Below are positions 19,317-30,536 of a DNA stretch of 64,000 nt, in pieces. Position 1 is the first letter of the stretch. Every line of letters starts with the position of its first letter. The notes beneath the pieces are model-generated. The model had not been told where the DNA came from. It ran no database searches and worked only from the letters and a program-made list of their open reading frames with translations. Origin of the DNA: a virus; the IMG/VR virus record IMGVR_UViG_3300030104_005504, positions 7,145 to 71,144 of that record, one strand, 5' to 3'. A program made the position numbers and the translations under genes.

Positions 19317-20492
19317 TTAAAACCCACGTAAAACCGCGTTTCCATCTATATCTACATTTATATCTGATAAATCATTTATTTGAGCCCAATTGCTTTGTGC
19401 AGCATAACCACCAGTACTCTTTTTAAGTATTACTATAACTGCCACATCGTTACTAGGATTAGCTATGGTTGGTGGTTGACCACCACCCCACCAATCACTT
19501 GTGCTAACAAAGCCTGGATTGTTCACTACAGCGGTTACAGATCTAGTATTAAACATAACCACTTGATCAACCCTGTCATCCCATTTAGACGCGGCATCTT
19601 GTCCTGGTTCAACCCAAGAACCATGTACCCATCCAATGCCATCAACATAACCAGGTAAAGTAATCTGCTCACAAGCGTTTCCATCACTGTCAAGACCACT
19701 ATATGAACCAATTAAATTACCCCAATCATCATACAAATCTCCATATGGTTTATCACCATACTTCTTGACCATCCACTCTTTAAAAACTCTATATGGCGCA
19801 ACAGCAGTAATTCCCTCTGTAGCAGGCAGGTAATTAGACGTGCTACCATTGAGGGTAGCGGTAAGTCTACTAAAAGCATTTTGTGCAATTGATGAGTTAC
19901 CACCATTTTGAAACATTTGGCTATCAGTGCCTTGGTTTTCTAGTGATGCAGGAATGTTAGGCGCTAAAGCAACCATTCCCAAACCTTCATAAGTTCTACC
20001 ATTGTAAGTATATGGCGCTGAACCATTTAATCCAGAAGCTTTATATCGGTGTGGATCAAATCTAGTGTTTTTTAATGGGTTATCCTCATGACACTCACCA
20101 AAGCCAGTGTATAAAGCATTAACATAATTCCCGACGTATTGATTGTACATTGGCATTCTCCAATCCTCCGAAGTGTAGCCATGATATCCACTTATAGTTA
20201 AATTGTCATGACATAACACGTAGTCACCCGTGGGATAACCAGCCCATCCAGTCATTCCTGGGTCATAGGGACTTACTGTTATTTTAAAAGCATCAGCTAT
20301 AGTTTCACCATTGTTAGGAATGATTTCAGGATTTGATGAAGGTTCTACATACAAGACTCCAACACCATCTAACGTGTTAGCAAAACCAGCATCTTGTTGA
20401 GATATATACGAGTCACTAATAGTTGCTACTATAGAACCAGCGGTATAAGGACCTAATGTCTCTCTTGTTACTACACAATTTGTTAATGGCAT
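19317..20492 (-). CDS. hypothetical structural protein (391 aa)
   Basis: G/Y/N-rich ORF ending INVDIDGNA; tail module. Confidence 0.55.
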   Translation of the reverse strand: MPLTNCVVTRETLGPYTAGSIVATISDSYISQQDAGFANTLDGVGVLYVEPSSNPEIIPNNGETIADAFKITVSPYDPGMTGWAGYPTGDYVLCHDNLTISGYHGYTSEDWRMPMYNQYVGNYVNALYTGFGECHEDNPLKNTRFDPHRYKASGLNGSAPYTYNGRTYEGLGMVALAPNIPASLENQGTDSQMFQNGGNSSIAQNAFSRLTATLNGSTSNYLPATEGITAVAPYRVFKEWMVKKYGDKPYGDLYDDWGNLIGSYSGLDSDGNACEQITLPGYVDGIGWVHGSWVEPGQDAASKWDDRVDQVVMFNTRSVTAVVNNPGFVSTSDWWGGGQPPTIANPSNDVAVIVILKKSTGGYAAQSNWAQINDLSDINVDIDGNAVLRGF

Positions 20493-20507
20493 AATCTATA
20501 TTTTTTA

Positions 20508-23500
20508 TTAATCATAATTTGTTGCTGCTTCTGAATCATCACCATCATTTTGAACCGTCAACTCAGATACTTCTGCTGGATACTCACAACCATACTGTAT
20601 AGCCAAACCATCCACATCGTCCGATGAACCAGGTATAATACATCCATCACAAGGTGAATTAGCTAGTTCTACGTAGTTTGTTGCGGTCGGGTCCATACAA
20701 CCATAGTTGAACGCAATACATGGACTATCTGGATTGTTAGCACTTGTTTCATTTGTATTTGCTAAGGGATCATAATTGTAAGCTGTTTCATCTGTGCAAC
20801 CATACACAATGCTTTCACACGAGCCATCATCCTCGTTGGCTAACGGATTAAAGTTAAAAGCAGTAATATCCATGCAACCAGGAACTACAGCGACACATGA
20901 ACCATCATCATCCGTTGCATCTGGATTGTAGTTTAACGCTGTTGGATCTGTACAACCAGGTACATATGTTACGCAGTTACATGAACCATCATCAACAGTG
21001 GCTAATGGATTATAATTACTACACAAATATTCACCCATAGAATTCATACTACTGTCGGTACAACCCTCTATTATACCATCACCACTACAATCTTCAATTG
21101 CAGGATCACAATCTACACCACCTTCACAACATACGCAGGCTGAGCAGTCTATACACTCCACCGTAGCATTAGGATCATAGTTGACGTCGTTTTCATCCAT
21201 GCAACCATATAGAAGTTCGTTTCCACTATCCCCATCGTATTCACATGGTGCGCAAAAGTTAGCTGGCGCACTAGAATAATCAGCTATAGCTTGAATTTGA
21301 TCTTCAGTTAAACTACTACAGTCTAGTGTTGCATCACTATTATAGTTTAGAGCAGTTGGGTCCATACATCCCCAACAGTCATAATTGCAAACACCTTGTA
21401 TTGTTGCTAAAGAATTATAATTACATGCTTGGGGTTCTACGCATCCAACCTCATTTTCCTGTATTACTACTAGTTCGCCACAGCAATCTGGCACTCCATC
21501 ACCATCAGCGTCCGCACACGATGTTGTTGCTGCTGGATTATAGAATTCATAACTATTATCCATACAACCAACTTGTTCTTCTCCTTCTTCGAAGCAATCC
21601 TCGCACTCAACTAATGGTCCACACTCTTCTTCACCATCATCATTAACTATAATATTTTGACAAAATAAACAACTCCAAGAATAAACCTCAGTCCATGTTA
21701 CTACTCCACCAGACGTTAGTTCACCAAAGTCGGTTAAGTACCCATCTTGCGTTGCGTTTGCATTATAGTTTGTTGCGTTTTCATCTTGGCAACCAATAAC
21801 ATAACTATCACACGAACCGTCTTCAATACTAGCTATTGGATTATAGTTTGGAGCAGCTGGATCTGTACATCCTTGAACATTATATAAGCAGCTTCCATCA
21901 TCAATATCTGCTGGTAGCATTTCATTAAAATTGTCCGCCATTGGATCAGTACATCCTACAATATATCCAGTTTCATCACATTCAGCACCAGTACAATCAG
22001 TAACTATAACTTGAGCAGCCATACCTATTCCTTGAACTAAAAATTGACTAGGATCTGTTACAATACCACTATTACTACCATTTATTTTATTAAACCATTT
22101 CCCTTCTTTTTTTATAAACTCATTAACTTTACCTGTCTCTAAGTCTGTTTTAGCTAAAGAAACCCACCATCCATCTTTTTGATTTAAATTATAGTATTCT
22201 TTATCATTTAAAGCTACTTCAGTAGTTTCGTAACCAACGGGTATAACTTCTTGAACATAATTCATTTTTCCAGTGGTAACATCTTGAACTGTGCCTTGAA
22301 ACTCATTGATTCGAGCTTGAGAGCCTTCGTAATTTATTGTTTTAAAAGATTTAACAGTACTAGGTAGGTCATTAAATGAAACAGTTAACTCGGAATCGAA
22401 AACTTGCCCATAAAATAGGTTTCTAGATACATCTGAATTATCAGAGTATTTACTTCTATAGTGTTCGTATATACTATTTCTATATGTAGTATAATACTTT
22501 CCAGCAATAGATAAACCTTGAGATGGTACAAATGACTTAAAACTAACCCAACCCTTAGCTGCTTCGTTAAAAGAAACTGTTGTGTCTAAGTTTTGAAAAG
22601 CTTTTCTATGTTTTAATGACAAGTTGTATTCTCCAGAAACTTTATCAAAAGATCCCAGTAAACTTTCTGTTGCCCGCATATTATCTCTAAACCAAGTCTT
22701 CATGCCAACATCAGATATTGGTGTTAATCCATCTCTTGATAATCTTAATACAGCACCTCTTTGTTTGTCTGTGAAATACATTCTATATTGATCTGCTGTT
22801 AGAGATTCTGGATTTTTAGATATTCCATAATCTCCAACAAAAGGAATAGCTGTACCCAACACCTTGTCTGTTGCTGTTAACTGTGGATTACCATCAGCAT
22901 TAAACAAAGCATCTTTACTTGATAAAATCTTTAACACCTTGTCTTCAGTAAATACCACAATATCTGTATCTCTAGTTTTCATAGCCTGAATAGAGCCATA
23001 CGATGGATTTAATTCTTTAGTTATTTTCTCCGCCATGTTAAATTCATTCAGATTATTAATCTGTGAAGTAGAATTATATAAGCCAGAATATATTAAACCA
23101 CTACTAATATTCTCTTCTTTATAACCAGAAAATGTTGTTGACACTTTAACACCATTATCTAATTGAGGGGCATTATAATCGTCTCTAATTCTGTCTGATT
23201 CAACTCCATTACCAAACGAATAACAGTTAAACCAGGGTAGTTTAACAGGTTTATTCCAAGTTTCTATTTCCACTCCATAATAACCTGTTATACGTTTAAA
23301 GTGAAAATTAAAACGAACTGACGTAGAGCTTCCAGGAGGAGTTAATTGTATACCAGAGTACTGGATAGCGGAAATACTACCTATAGGTGTTACACCAGGA
23401 GTTATTATAGAAACTGGATAAAATGAATCTGGTGAAGCTATCGGGTTTTCAGCATCCCACTCTATAAAACTAAAAACATAAGTTGGTGTTATATTAGTAA

Positions 23501-26500
23501 AATTATATTCACAAACTTCCCCATCCAACGCTGCAACTTCACAAGCGTTCTGGGTTGTGTATGAAATTCCACTTGTTGTATTGTAGTACTGTGATACACC
23601 CGTTATTATATCACCCCATTGAACAGCATTAGAATTATATTGCGCCAATAAATTTCCCGCGCTAGTTAATATAACTTCACATTCCCTATCTCCTTCTTTT
23701 ATAAATGTTTTAGGAGTACTAGTTAAACCACCACTTTTGTCTTCGTCTGTTAATTCTGGAAATCCAGAAAGATTGTTACTTGCGGGATCATACGCCACGC
23801 CATCCACAGGTGAATATAAATCTTTAATAACTGTTTTGGTTTCAGTACCATCTCCATGTTCAAAAACCAACTCATCACCAATTAGTATTTCGTGTCTATG
23901 TAATTCTGTCCTACCATCATAATTCCAATCAGAAACAATTGCAACAATCGCTCTATTATCTTCTGACGTGAAATATAAATTTTTAACCCTATGATTATCA
24001 TAATTCTCTCCAAGCTCAACTGGTGTCATCACGCCGTCTACCTCTCTATTAACTTTTACTTTAGAATTTATAGGCATGTAATCGTACATGTTTGTACTAT
24101 TAATTCTCATTGGTATAGCTTTAGAAGCCTCATAATATAAATCTAAGCCCACATCTTCTTTGGGTTCAGTTTCAAAACAAGCACCTTTCTGCGCGTCGGG
24201 ATTAATAGTCTCGTAACTAACAGTTTGGACTGTTAAAAATTTTATTTTAATACTTTCACTACCATCATGTTTCATCCGACCACGTGGATCATAGGTACTT
24301 GTATCTAAACCTAAGTTTGTTAAAGTGTTAGTATCTTGTTCTATTTTTCTAAAATGAATTCTATATGAACGTCTTTCACACACATAAGGGTTATCTGTTA
24401 CAGGGCCACCAGGTTGACCGTCTGCCATAGTTAGTTCTTCAACCATATCACATGGTGCACAACCAGTATCTTCATTGGGTTGGTAAAACTCCATTGTATA
24501 ACCAAACCACACTGGTTGTGTTATGTTTCTAGAGTAATTTTTTACCTCAGTGGCTTCATTAACTCGTATAACTTTATAAATATCAGAGTCTCCTTCAAAC
24601 TGAAACAACTGATCAATAGTGGTTATTTTTCCAATAAATTCATTAGTTTGAGCACCATACTGAGTAGATTTCACTGCTGATATTGTTATTTCACCCTTAG
24701 TACCGTTAGAAGCTCCACCATCACTTAAAGATTCTGGTTCGTAAAAGTTTCCACCTGCGGGCGAAAATCCAGTTTCATTTGGAAATATCATTCTTCTAGC
24801 TTTAGCACCATCTATAAAAGCATGGCTTGTTGGCACCGTGGTACCAGAAGCGTTAGTTGTTTGTTTAGACACACTGTACGATCGCCAAAATGCCCTAGTC
24901 ATTTCATTATGCTGCCATGTACAAGAACCCATTACAGGGCCACCATTAGCACCTATAAGGCTTGTGTTATAAGAACCCGAGTTGATTTGACTCATAGATG
25001 GAATTAAAGTCACGGCATCTGATCCTAATATAGTGTCATAAATTTGTATAGTACCCTGTTGATACCACTCTGCCCCAAGTAATGTTGATGTAATATCATC
25101 TGGATCCCATATGTAAAAAGCTCCTTCATCAACAAAATCAAAGGTACTTTCACTAGTAAAACTCAATACAGCATTATCGAAAAAGTCAGGGTCTTCGTCT
25201 TCAGTAAAAGTATATTCTCCAGGAGAATCATCAACACTTGACCATATGTCAGTTATACCATCAAACGCTCCAAAAAACCAATTTGCACCATTATCAACTG
25301 GATTTGTAGCGGCTGGATCAAGTGAGAATGTAGCCTCGTCATTAGCGTGATCACCAACGGTAGCTTCGTTTTGAGACGAACTAGATATATAAGATAAATC
25401 ATATTCGCCATCAGATTGATATTCTATTGATTGACCCAACACCATAACACCTTGTGCTAATGCTTGGTCTTTTTCTATTTTAACAAAAAACTTACCATCA
25501 TACTCTGGCTTGTGTTGTACTACGGCTTCTCTAAACTCTATTGTATAAACTAAATAAGATTTTAGCCAACTAGCATCAGGAAAATCCGCAGCCCAAGCAC
25601 CACTTGTTATATATGGGTCGCTACAATTACTATCATCAGCAACCGAGTCTCCGTCGTCATCACAAGTAGCATCACATTCACAAAAGAATTGATAATGGTT
25701 AATATCATTTTCAGCAAAAGGATCGGTCCATGCTACTTCAACGTTAGCATTAGAGTCGGTTAATCTCCAATTAGATAGTGTTCTCCAAGCACTTTTTCTA
25801 GTGTACCGTATGGGGCACGTAGCAGCTGAACCATTAGCCTCACCAGCGTGATAACCTATTATTCTAAACTCTACTAATCCCTCAATTTTTCTACCAAAAA
25901 TACCCTCATCAGATTCAGTGTTAAAATAGTTGTTCCATGTGTTGGCTTGGATTTTAAACCTAGTACCTCCTTGAACAAGTCCAGCCGGAGGATTACTATT
26001 AGCATCACCGGTTAACCATATGCCCGTTGTATTAGTTGCGTCAAGACCACCAACACCAATACCAGTTGTTTCATCGTTAGGGTGGCCAATAAAACCTAAT
26101 CTAAGATATTTTGTTTTAACAAAATCTGGAGCTTCATTTTCAATAGCTATAATTTTATATCTAGCCTTTTCTAAAACCGGCTCCTCTTCTCCATGTCTAT
26201 TTTTTAATATTAAATAGGTTTCTTCATCAACCTTATTTCTATCAGATGAGTTAAAAGATATCCATATATTTTCATCTCCAGCGTCATACCATCTATCCAT
26301 TATAAGATTGTAGTATTCATTGGATGTTTCCTTAACATAATACTTAACGTAATCAATCCAGTCAGCTGGTGGTTCATCATCACTCCAATTTTGAGAAACA
26401 ACGAAATTGTTTTGTAAGGCGCAAAGTGTTTTTTCTACAGAAATATCACCTGTTAGTGAATCGTAAATTTCTCCCTCTGCGTCGATTGTACTACTATAGC

Positions 26501-28634
26501 CAGGTGTTATAACTGGTGTTTCTCTACCATACTTATCACCAAATACAACTCCAATTTTATAATCTCTTAATGATTTTATAGATTTTTTAGGATTATTTAT
26601 ATTAGCAGAATCATTACTTTCTATAGTTTGAGTTAAATTAATAGGTCCATTTAAATTATAACCTTGTAAATAATTACCATACACCACTCTATTTCCAACA
26701 ATCTCTTGGCTCAATGCTTTTCTTGGAACATTATCCCACGCTCTAAGTATTTGGTTGGAATCTAAAACTCTATGTATCATTTCTGAGGTTATAGATAAAT
26801 AACCAGTTTTTATGTCTGAAGAATCTTTATTTGGTGTAAAGTAATCCCATTCGTTATCTTTTCCTCTGTCAATACTACTTACAACATAAACATTAGATGA
26901 GTCTGTAGACTTGTAAAGTACATCAACACTTTTAACGTCTTCTGGGATATTTACAGGTATAAAATCTTTTATGGCTAAATGTCTAATTGTATTTACCATT
27001 CCAAGATTATAGGCTTTACTAATTTTATAATCAAATCTATCTGGTAAGAAAGCTAATTCAGACCATGGAGAAAACGCAGAATATTCACCATCTTCATATT
27101 TATATCTATATCCAAATCTAACTAACTTCAATTCAAATAGTGGTTTGCTTAATTCTAATGAAACATCCCAAGTACTCATATTAACTGTGATACCTGCGTT
27201 ACCAGAAATTATAATAACTCTAATATTTTTTTGATTACTTAATGTTTCATTTCCTTCATCGTCTTCATAACAAACAAAATTACAAGTAAATGTTATGTCA
27301 GGATTTAAACTACTTGTAAAAACTAGGATATCATTTTTTCTAAATTGAGTATTTTTAAAACCATCTCCAGCTGGAGTTAGAACCTTTATATCGCCTATAA
27401 CTAAAAGACTATTTTCATCAATTCCACCCTGTTGAGTTATTGTGGATTCATTTAAAATAACACCTGTTACTTGAATATTGGTTTCGCCAAAAGGTCTATC
27501 AGATGAACGCATTTCTAGTGTTGGTGGTGTTTTAGGAGCTTGTCGCAATACTGCTACGTGTTTTTCAAGTAAATCCGTTTTGATTGGATTGCTACCTATT
27601 CCATCACTTAAATCACTAACATTAACTAAAACCTCTGTTGAAGGGTCTTCTACATATAATTTTGTGTGAACAAAACCATTGTTGCTATAACCATCAATAT
27701 TTGTACCAGCTTTACATCTTTCTATATTTATTTTTTTAGGTTCAGAATAACCATCTGTCCAAAGTAATAAATCATCAATAATGTTTATTCCGTTTATAGT
27801 ATTTAGATGAGAACTATTACCAGTGAATAAAGTACCTGGATTAAAGTTTAAAACTCTTTCAGCTTCAAATAAATAATAATGCATACCAACCACACTAAAA
27901 GTAGATCCTTCATAACCACTTATAGATACCACTCTATCAAGTAGTATTCTCAAGGTTCCATCATCATCCGTTGTTACACCTATCACGCCTGCGGGGTCAG
28001 TTAATAAATCATCACCACTTTCGCTAAGAATCCGCATTGTCATACCTGGTCTAAGTGTGTTTTTATATGATCTACCCTGAGGACTGGTTATATAAGCACT
28101 AAGTTCATTAAATCCGTTTATATCACCACCAGTACCTAAACTATCTGGCGTAAGAAAATCTGCGCTTTTTGCTAATACTCCAAAAATATCAACAACCACT
28201 AAACTTGAATCATTAAATTCATCAACCTCAACTATGTAATCAGCGTATACTCTTTGCCCTAACGCATCGCTATCTGCAGTACCGTTATCAACGTAAAAGT
28301 TTTTAGGTGCTATAAGTTTTGACGCCATAAAGTAATACGCTTTATTGGTTTTTTCGTCAGCAACACTACCAACGCAATTGGGAAAAGCATCTGGAATTGA
28401 AGCTGAGACAGGACCACTTACATCTGAAAACCAAGTTTGTGTAGGAGAAAAAGCTTCCGCTACATTACCTTTTATGTTCTGAACAGCGCCAGCTGCACCA
28501 CCTTCTTGACCAGCAGAATCCGTTGTTCTAACTTGGATATTCATAGCGTGTCTATATTCTCCGTTCTTAACGAGTCTTTCGTCAAGATCTTTGTTCATCT
28601 TTCCACCCGTAAAAGTATGTTTAATTTCTGGCAT
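20508..28634 (-). CDS. tail stabilisation/nozzle protein (P22 gp10/T7 gp12-type position) with Cys-rich C-terminal repeats
   Basis: N-terminal GKMNKDLDERLV..GEYR.AMN, FGYRYKYEDGEYSAFSPWS, GNRVVYGNY, FGNGVESDRIRDD, YGISKNPES, KEGKWF, typical of crAss-like/Flavobacteria podovirus tail proteins. Confidence 0.8.
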   Translation of the reverse strand: MPEIKHTFTGGKMNKDLDERLVKNGEYRHAMNIQVRTTDSAGQEGGAAGAVQNIKGNVAEAFSPTQTWFSDVSGPVSASIPDAFPNCVGSVADEKTNKAYYFMASKLIAPKNFYVDNGTADSDALGQRVYADYIVEVDEFNDSSLVVVDIFGVLAKSADFLTPDSLGTGGDINGFNELSAYITSPQGRSYKNTLRPGMTMRILSESGDDLLTDPAGVIGVTTDDDGTLRILLDRVVSISGYEGSTFSVVGMHYYLFEAERVLNFNPGTLFTGNSSHLNTINGINIIDDLLLWTDGYSEPKKINIERCKAGTNIDGYSNNGFVHTKLYVEDPSTEVLVNVSDLSDGIGSNPIKTDLLEKHVAVLRQAPKTPPTLEMRSSDRPFGETNIQVTGVILNESTITQQGGIDENSLLVIGDIKVLTPAGDGFKNTQFRKNDILVFTSSLNPDITFTCNFVCYEDDEGNETLSNQKNIRVIIISGNAGITVNMSTWDVSLELSKPLFELKLVRFGYRYKYEDGEYSAFSPWSELAFLPDRFDYKISKAYNLGMVNTIRHLAIKDFIPVNIPEDVKSVDVLYKSTDSSNVYVVSSIDRGKDNEWDYFTPNKDSSDIKTGYLSITSEMIHRVLDSNQILRAWDNVPRKALSQEIVGNRVVYGNYLQGYNLNGPINLTQTIESNDSANINNPKKSIKSLRDYKIGVVFGDKYGRETPVITPGYSSTIDAEGEIYDSLTGDISVEKTLCALQNNFVVSQNWSDDEPPADWIDYVKYYVKETSNEYYNLIMDRWYDAGDENIWISFNSSDRNKVDEETYLILKNRHGEEEPVLEKARYKIIAIENEAPDFVKTKYLRLGFIGHPNDETTGIGVGGLDATNTTGIWLTGDANSNPPAGLVQGGTRFKIQANTWNNYFNTESDEGIFGRKIEGLVEFRIIGYHAGEANGSAATCPIRYTRKSAWRTLSNWRLTDSNANVEVAWTDPFAENDINHYQFFCECDATCDDDGDSVADDSNCSDPYITSGAWAADFPDASWLKSYLVYTIEFREAVVQHKPEYDGKFFVKIEKDQALAQGVMVLGQSIEYQSDGEYDLSYISSSSQNEATVGDHANDEATFSLDPAATNPVDNGANWFFGAFDGITDIWSSVDDSPGEYTFTEDEDPDFFDNAVLSFTSESTFDFVDEGAFYIWDPDDITSTLLGAEWYQQGTIQIYDTILGSDAVTLIPSMSQINSGSYNTSLIGANGGPVMGSCTWQHNEMTRAFWRSYSVSKQTTNASGTTVPTSHAFIDGAKARRMIFPNETGFSPAGGNFYEPESLSDGGASNGTKGEITISAVKSTQYGAQTNEFIGKITTIDQLFQFEGDSDIYKVIRVNEATEVKNYSRNITQPVWFGYTMEFYQPNEDTGCAPCDMVEELTMADGQPGGPVTDNPYVCERRSYRIHFRKIEQDTNTLTNLGLDTSTYDPRGRMKHDGSESIKIKFLTVQTVSYETINPDAQKGACFETEPKEDVGLDLYYEASKAIPMRINSTNMYDYMPINSKVKVNREVDGVMTPVELGENYDNHRVKNLYFTSEDNRAIVAIVSDWNYDGRTELHRHEILIGDELVFEHGDGTETKTVIKDLYSPVDGVAYDPASNNLSGFPELTDEDKSGGLTSTPKTFIKEGDRECEVILTSAGNLLAQYNSNAVQWGDIITGVSQYYNTTSGISYTTQNACEVAALDGEVCEYNFTNITPTYVFSFIEWDAENPIASPDSFYPVSIITPGVTPIGSISAIQYSGIQLTPPGSSTSVRFNFHFKRITGYYGVEIETWNKPVKLPWFNCYSFGNGVESDRIRDDYNAPQLDNGVKVSTTFSGYKEENISSGLIYSGLYNSTSQINNLNEFNMAEKITKELNPSYGSIQAMKTRDTDIVVFTEDKVLKILSSKDALFNADGNPQLTATDKVLGTAIPFVGDYGISKNPESLTADQYRMYFTDKQRGAVLRLSRDGLTPISDVGMKTWFRDNMRATESLLGSFDKVSGEYNLSLKHRKAFQNLDTTVSFNEAAKGWVSFKSFVPSQGLSIAGKYYTTYRNSIYEHYRSKYSDNSDVSRNLFYGQVFDSELTVSFNDLPSTVKSFKTINYEGSQARINEFQGTVQDVTTGKMNYVQEVIPVGYETTEVALNDKEYYNLNQKDGWWVSLAKTDLETGKVNEFIKKEGKWFNKINGSNSGIVTDPSQFLVQGIGMAAQVIVTDCTGAECDETGYIVGCTDPMADNFNEMLPADIDDGSCLYNVQGCTDPAAPNYNPIASIEDGSCDSYVIGCQDENATNYNANATQDGYLTDFGELTSGGVVTWTEVYSWSCLFCQNIIVNDDGEEECGPLVECEDCFEEGEEQVGCMDNSYEFYNPAATTSCADADGDGVPDCCGELVVIQENEVGCVEPQACNYNSLATIQGVCNYDCWGCMDPTALNYNSDATLDCSSLTEDQIQAIADYSSAPANFCAPCEYDGDSGNELLYGCMDENDVNYDPNATVECIDCSACVCCEGGVDCDPAIEDCSGDGIIEGCTDSSMNSMGEYLCSNYNPLATVDDGSCNCVTYVPGCTDPTALNYNPDATDDDGSCVAVVPGCMDITAFNFNPLANEDDGSCESIVYGCTDETAYNYDPLANTNETSANNPDSPCIAFNYGCMDPTATNYVELANSPCDGCIIPGSSDDVDGLAIQYGCEYPAEVSELTVQNDGDDSEAATNYD
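20580..21960 (-). repeat. ~12 tandem GC[TM]D.xA.NYNPxAxxDDGSC peptide repeats
   Basis: Counted in the translation of 20508..28634. Confidence 0.85.
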
Positions 28635-28638
28635 AATA

Positions 28639-29508
28639 TTATTTTATAGGTTTACTCAACCCTTTTAAAACTTGAGTAAATTCTTCCATTTTAATATTAG
28701 ATAATCTTATTTTTGCTTTTCTAGTTTCAGCAAATTTTTCTTTCTTATATCTAAGTATAATAAACTCTGGTATATTAGATCTTGTAGATAATATACCGTA
28801 AGCTATCCACTTGTAGCAAGCCTCTTCACAAAACTTATGCACAACCATTTCATTATCAGTTCCAAGTCCATCACTTATATATTTTAATATAATAGTTTCA
28901 CCAGCTAAACTAGATCCAAAATGTATCATGCCTCTAGCATAGTCAATATAAAATGTTCCGTTAGACTGTGCATGTTGTGGATCTAGTCCATACCTTCTAC
29001 CCTTATTATCTATTTCTATATCGGTAGAATCATTAGAGTATACATCAGTTTCTTTTTTATCTTGGTATTTAGATAATGTGTTACTAGGTACTTGTTCTGT
29101 TAAATTTAAGTCACCTATAAATTGATAAACACCATCTGCATCTTGGGTGATAGCAAATGGATTAGATGTTTTATTGGTTGGATACAAAACTCTTTCAATA
29201 CCATTACTATCTGATCGAGTCACTTTAACATAGTTAACATAATCTTGTGGTAATACCATTTTTAAAGTATTTGGGACTTCTATCTCTTGAGATTTAACAG
29301 AACGAAAAACATCGTATGATAGTTCTTGAATAGCACGCATAGCATGAAATTGAACTTCAGTTCTTTCTACCCTAGGTATTATCTTACCCTCTCCCACGTG
29401 CGATATCATAAATGCGCTAATAATGTTATCTAGCGATGTAAATTGATAAGTACCAAAATCACTTCCAGTGTAATATGCTTTTTGCGTCTGATTGTCTAAT
29501 AATCCCAT
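28639..29508 (-). CDS. tail tubular/ring (adaptor) protein
   Basis: RAIQELSYD, LPQDYVNYVK, ILKYISDGL, AKIRLSN; lies between capsid and stabilisation genes. Confidence 0.7.
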   Translation of the reverse strand: MGLLDNQTQKAYYTGSDFGTYQFTSLDNIISAFMISHVGEGKIIPRVERTEVQFHAMRAIQELSYDVFRSVKSQEIEVPNTLKMVLPQDYVNYVKVTRSDSNGIERVLYPTNKTSNPFAITQDADGVYQFIGDLNLTEQVPSNTLSKYQDKKETDVYSNDSTDIEIDNKGRRYGLDPQHAQSNGTFYIDYARGMIHFGSSLAGETIILKYISDGLGTDNEMVVHKFCEEACYKWIAYGILSTRSNIPEFIILRYKKEKFAETRKAKIRLSNIKMEEFTQVLKGLSKPIK

Positions 29509-29510
29509 AA

Positions 29511-30263
29511 TTAACTATTTTGTTCTTGTCTTGTTTGTTGTTTATCAACCGCTATGGCTTGTTGAAGTTCAGGACTTTCTATTGCCACACCTGCTAATTG
29601 TAGTATTCTGGTAACTAAAGCCTCTTCATCTGATGGCGATAATATAAAGTGTGTAGAATTGTTATAATTGTACAGGGGTTTTTCACTAACAACAACATAG
29701 CTCCAATTAGGTGAAACAGGTCTTACGAAGTATTCTAATCTAATTGAGCTTGATCCAGTATCAATTGGATCTGGGTGAATCTCCATAATCATAGCTTGTT
29801 GACTTGTGTTTGTTGCAGATGGATTAAGGTTTGTTCTTCTTACAAAAACAGGTCTAGAACTTACAGGTGCGGTTAAAGGGTTTCTTTTTATATCTAGCAA
29901 TCTATTCATATCAACTTCAGTTATTTCAACTAAACCATTATCTCCTCCTGTATTTAAATAAGCAGTTGCTATCATGTAGCAAGATTTAGGTATGCTCACA
30001 AGTCCTCCAGAACTTATTGTAATACTATTATTTCTTGTCTTTATATAACTCAACTTTTCTCTCAACATTTCCCCCTCATCAAAAGCTTCTGTTTGATTCT
30101 TTGGTTTTAGTTGAGCCATTTTAAAAGCATGAAAATGATTATTAATAATATCTAATTGTGCTTTATCTGCTAATAAATTAAACTCTTGAGGAGTTATATA
30201 TCCTCTTTGTTCTTTATTAGATATTGTTAATACTTTTTTATATACTACATTTACATCTACCAT
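29511..30263 (-). CDS. ring/head-tail connector protein
   Basis: NKEQRGYITPQEFNLLA.KAQLDI motif; synteny. Confidence 0.7.
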   Translation of the reverse strand: MVDVNVVYKKVLTISNKEQRGYITPQEFNLLADKAQLDIINNHFHAFKMAQLKPKNQTEAFDEGEMLREKLSYIKTRNNSITISSGGLVSIPKSCYMIATAYLNTGGDNGLVEITEVDMNRLLDIKRNPLTAPVSSRPVFVRRTNLNPSATNTSQQAMIMEIHPDPIDTGSSSIRLEYFVRPVSPNWSYVVVSEKPLYNYNNSTHFILSPSDEEALVTRILQLAGVAIESPELQQAIAVDKQQTRQEQNS

Positions 30264-30268
30264 TATTA

Positions 30269-30427
30269 TTATTTTTTATAAGGAAATTGTTTGTTAAGCC
30301 AATTTTTCCTTTTATTACATCCACAATCTTTAGCACCAACAGCTCTTGCTGCTATTTGAGCTAATGATTTAATTCCAGTAGCTGTTGTGAATTTATGTAT
30401 TGTATCTCCTAATCCTTTTGATTTCAT
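30269..30427 (-). CDS. 52-aa conserved phage protein (GLGD...TGI...DCGC..R..LN)
   Basis: MKSKGLGDTIHKFTTATGIKSLAQIAARAVGAKDCGCNKRKNWLNKQFPYKK; below the ORF-track cutoff. Confidence 0.75.
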   Translation of the reverse strand: MKSKGLGDTIHKFTTATGIKSLAQIAARAVGAKDCGCNKRKNWLNKQFPYKK

Positions 30428-30440
30428 ATTAATATATATT

Positions 30441-30460
30441 TTACTATAATATAGTTACAT
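30441..30460 (-). promoter_or_regulatory. putative late promoter (ATGTAACTATATTATAGTAA)
   Basis: Near-identical to 17217-17236; downstream of a terminator and upstream of the 30427 start. Confidence 0.6.
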
Positions 30461-30483
30461 AATAAAGTGAAAGGTTAGCCCTT

Positions 30484-30518
30484 AAATAAAAATAGCCACT
30501 CCTTTCGGGTGGCTATTT
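30484..30518 (-). terminator. rho-independent terminator
   Basis: Minus strand AATAGCCACCC-GAAA-GGAGTGGCTATT followed by a T-rich tract, after gene 30537..31379. Confidence 0.8.
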
Positions 30519-30536
30519 CTATCAGTTAAAAGATTA

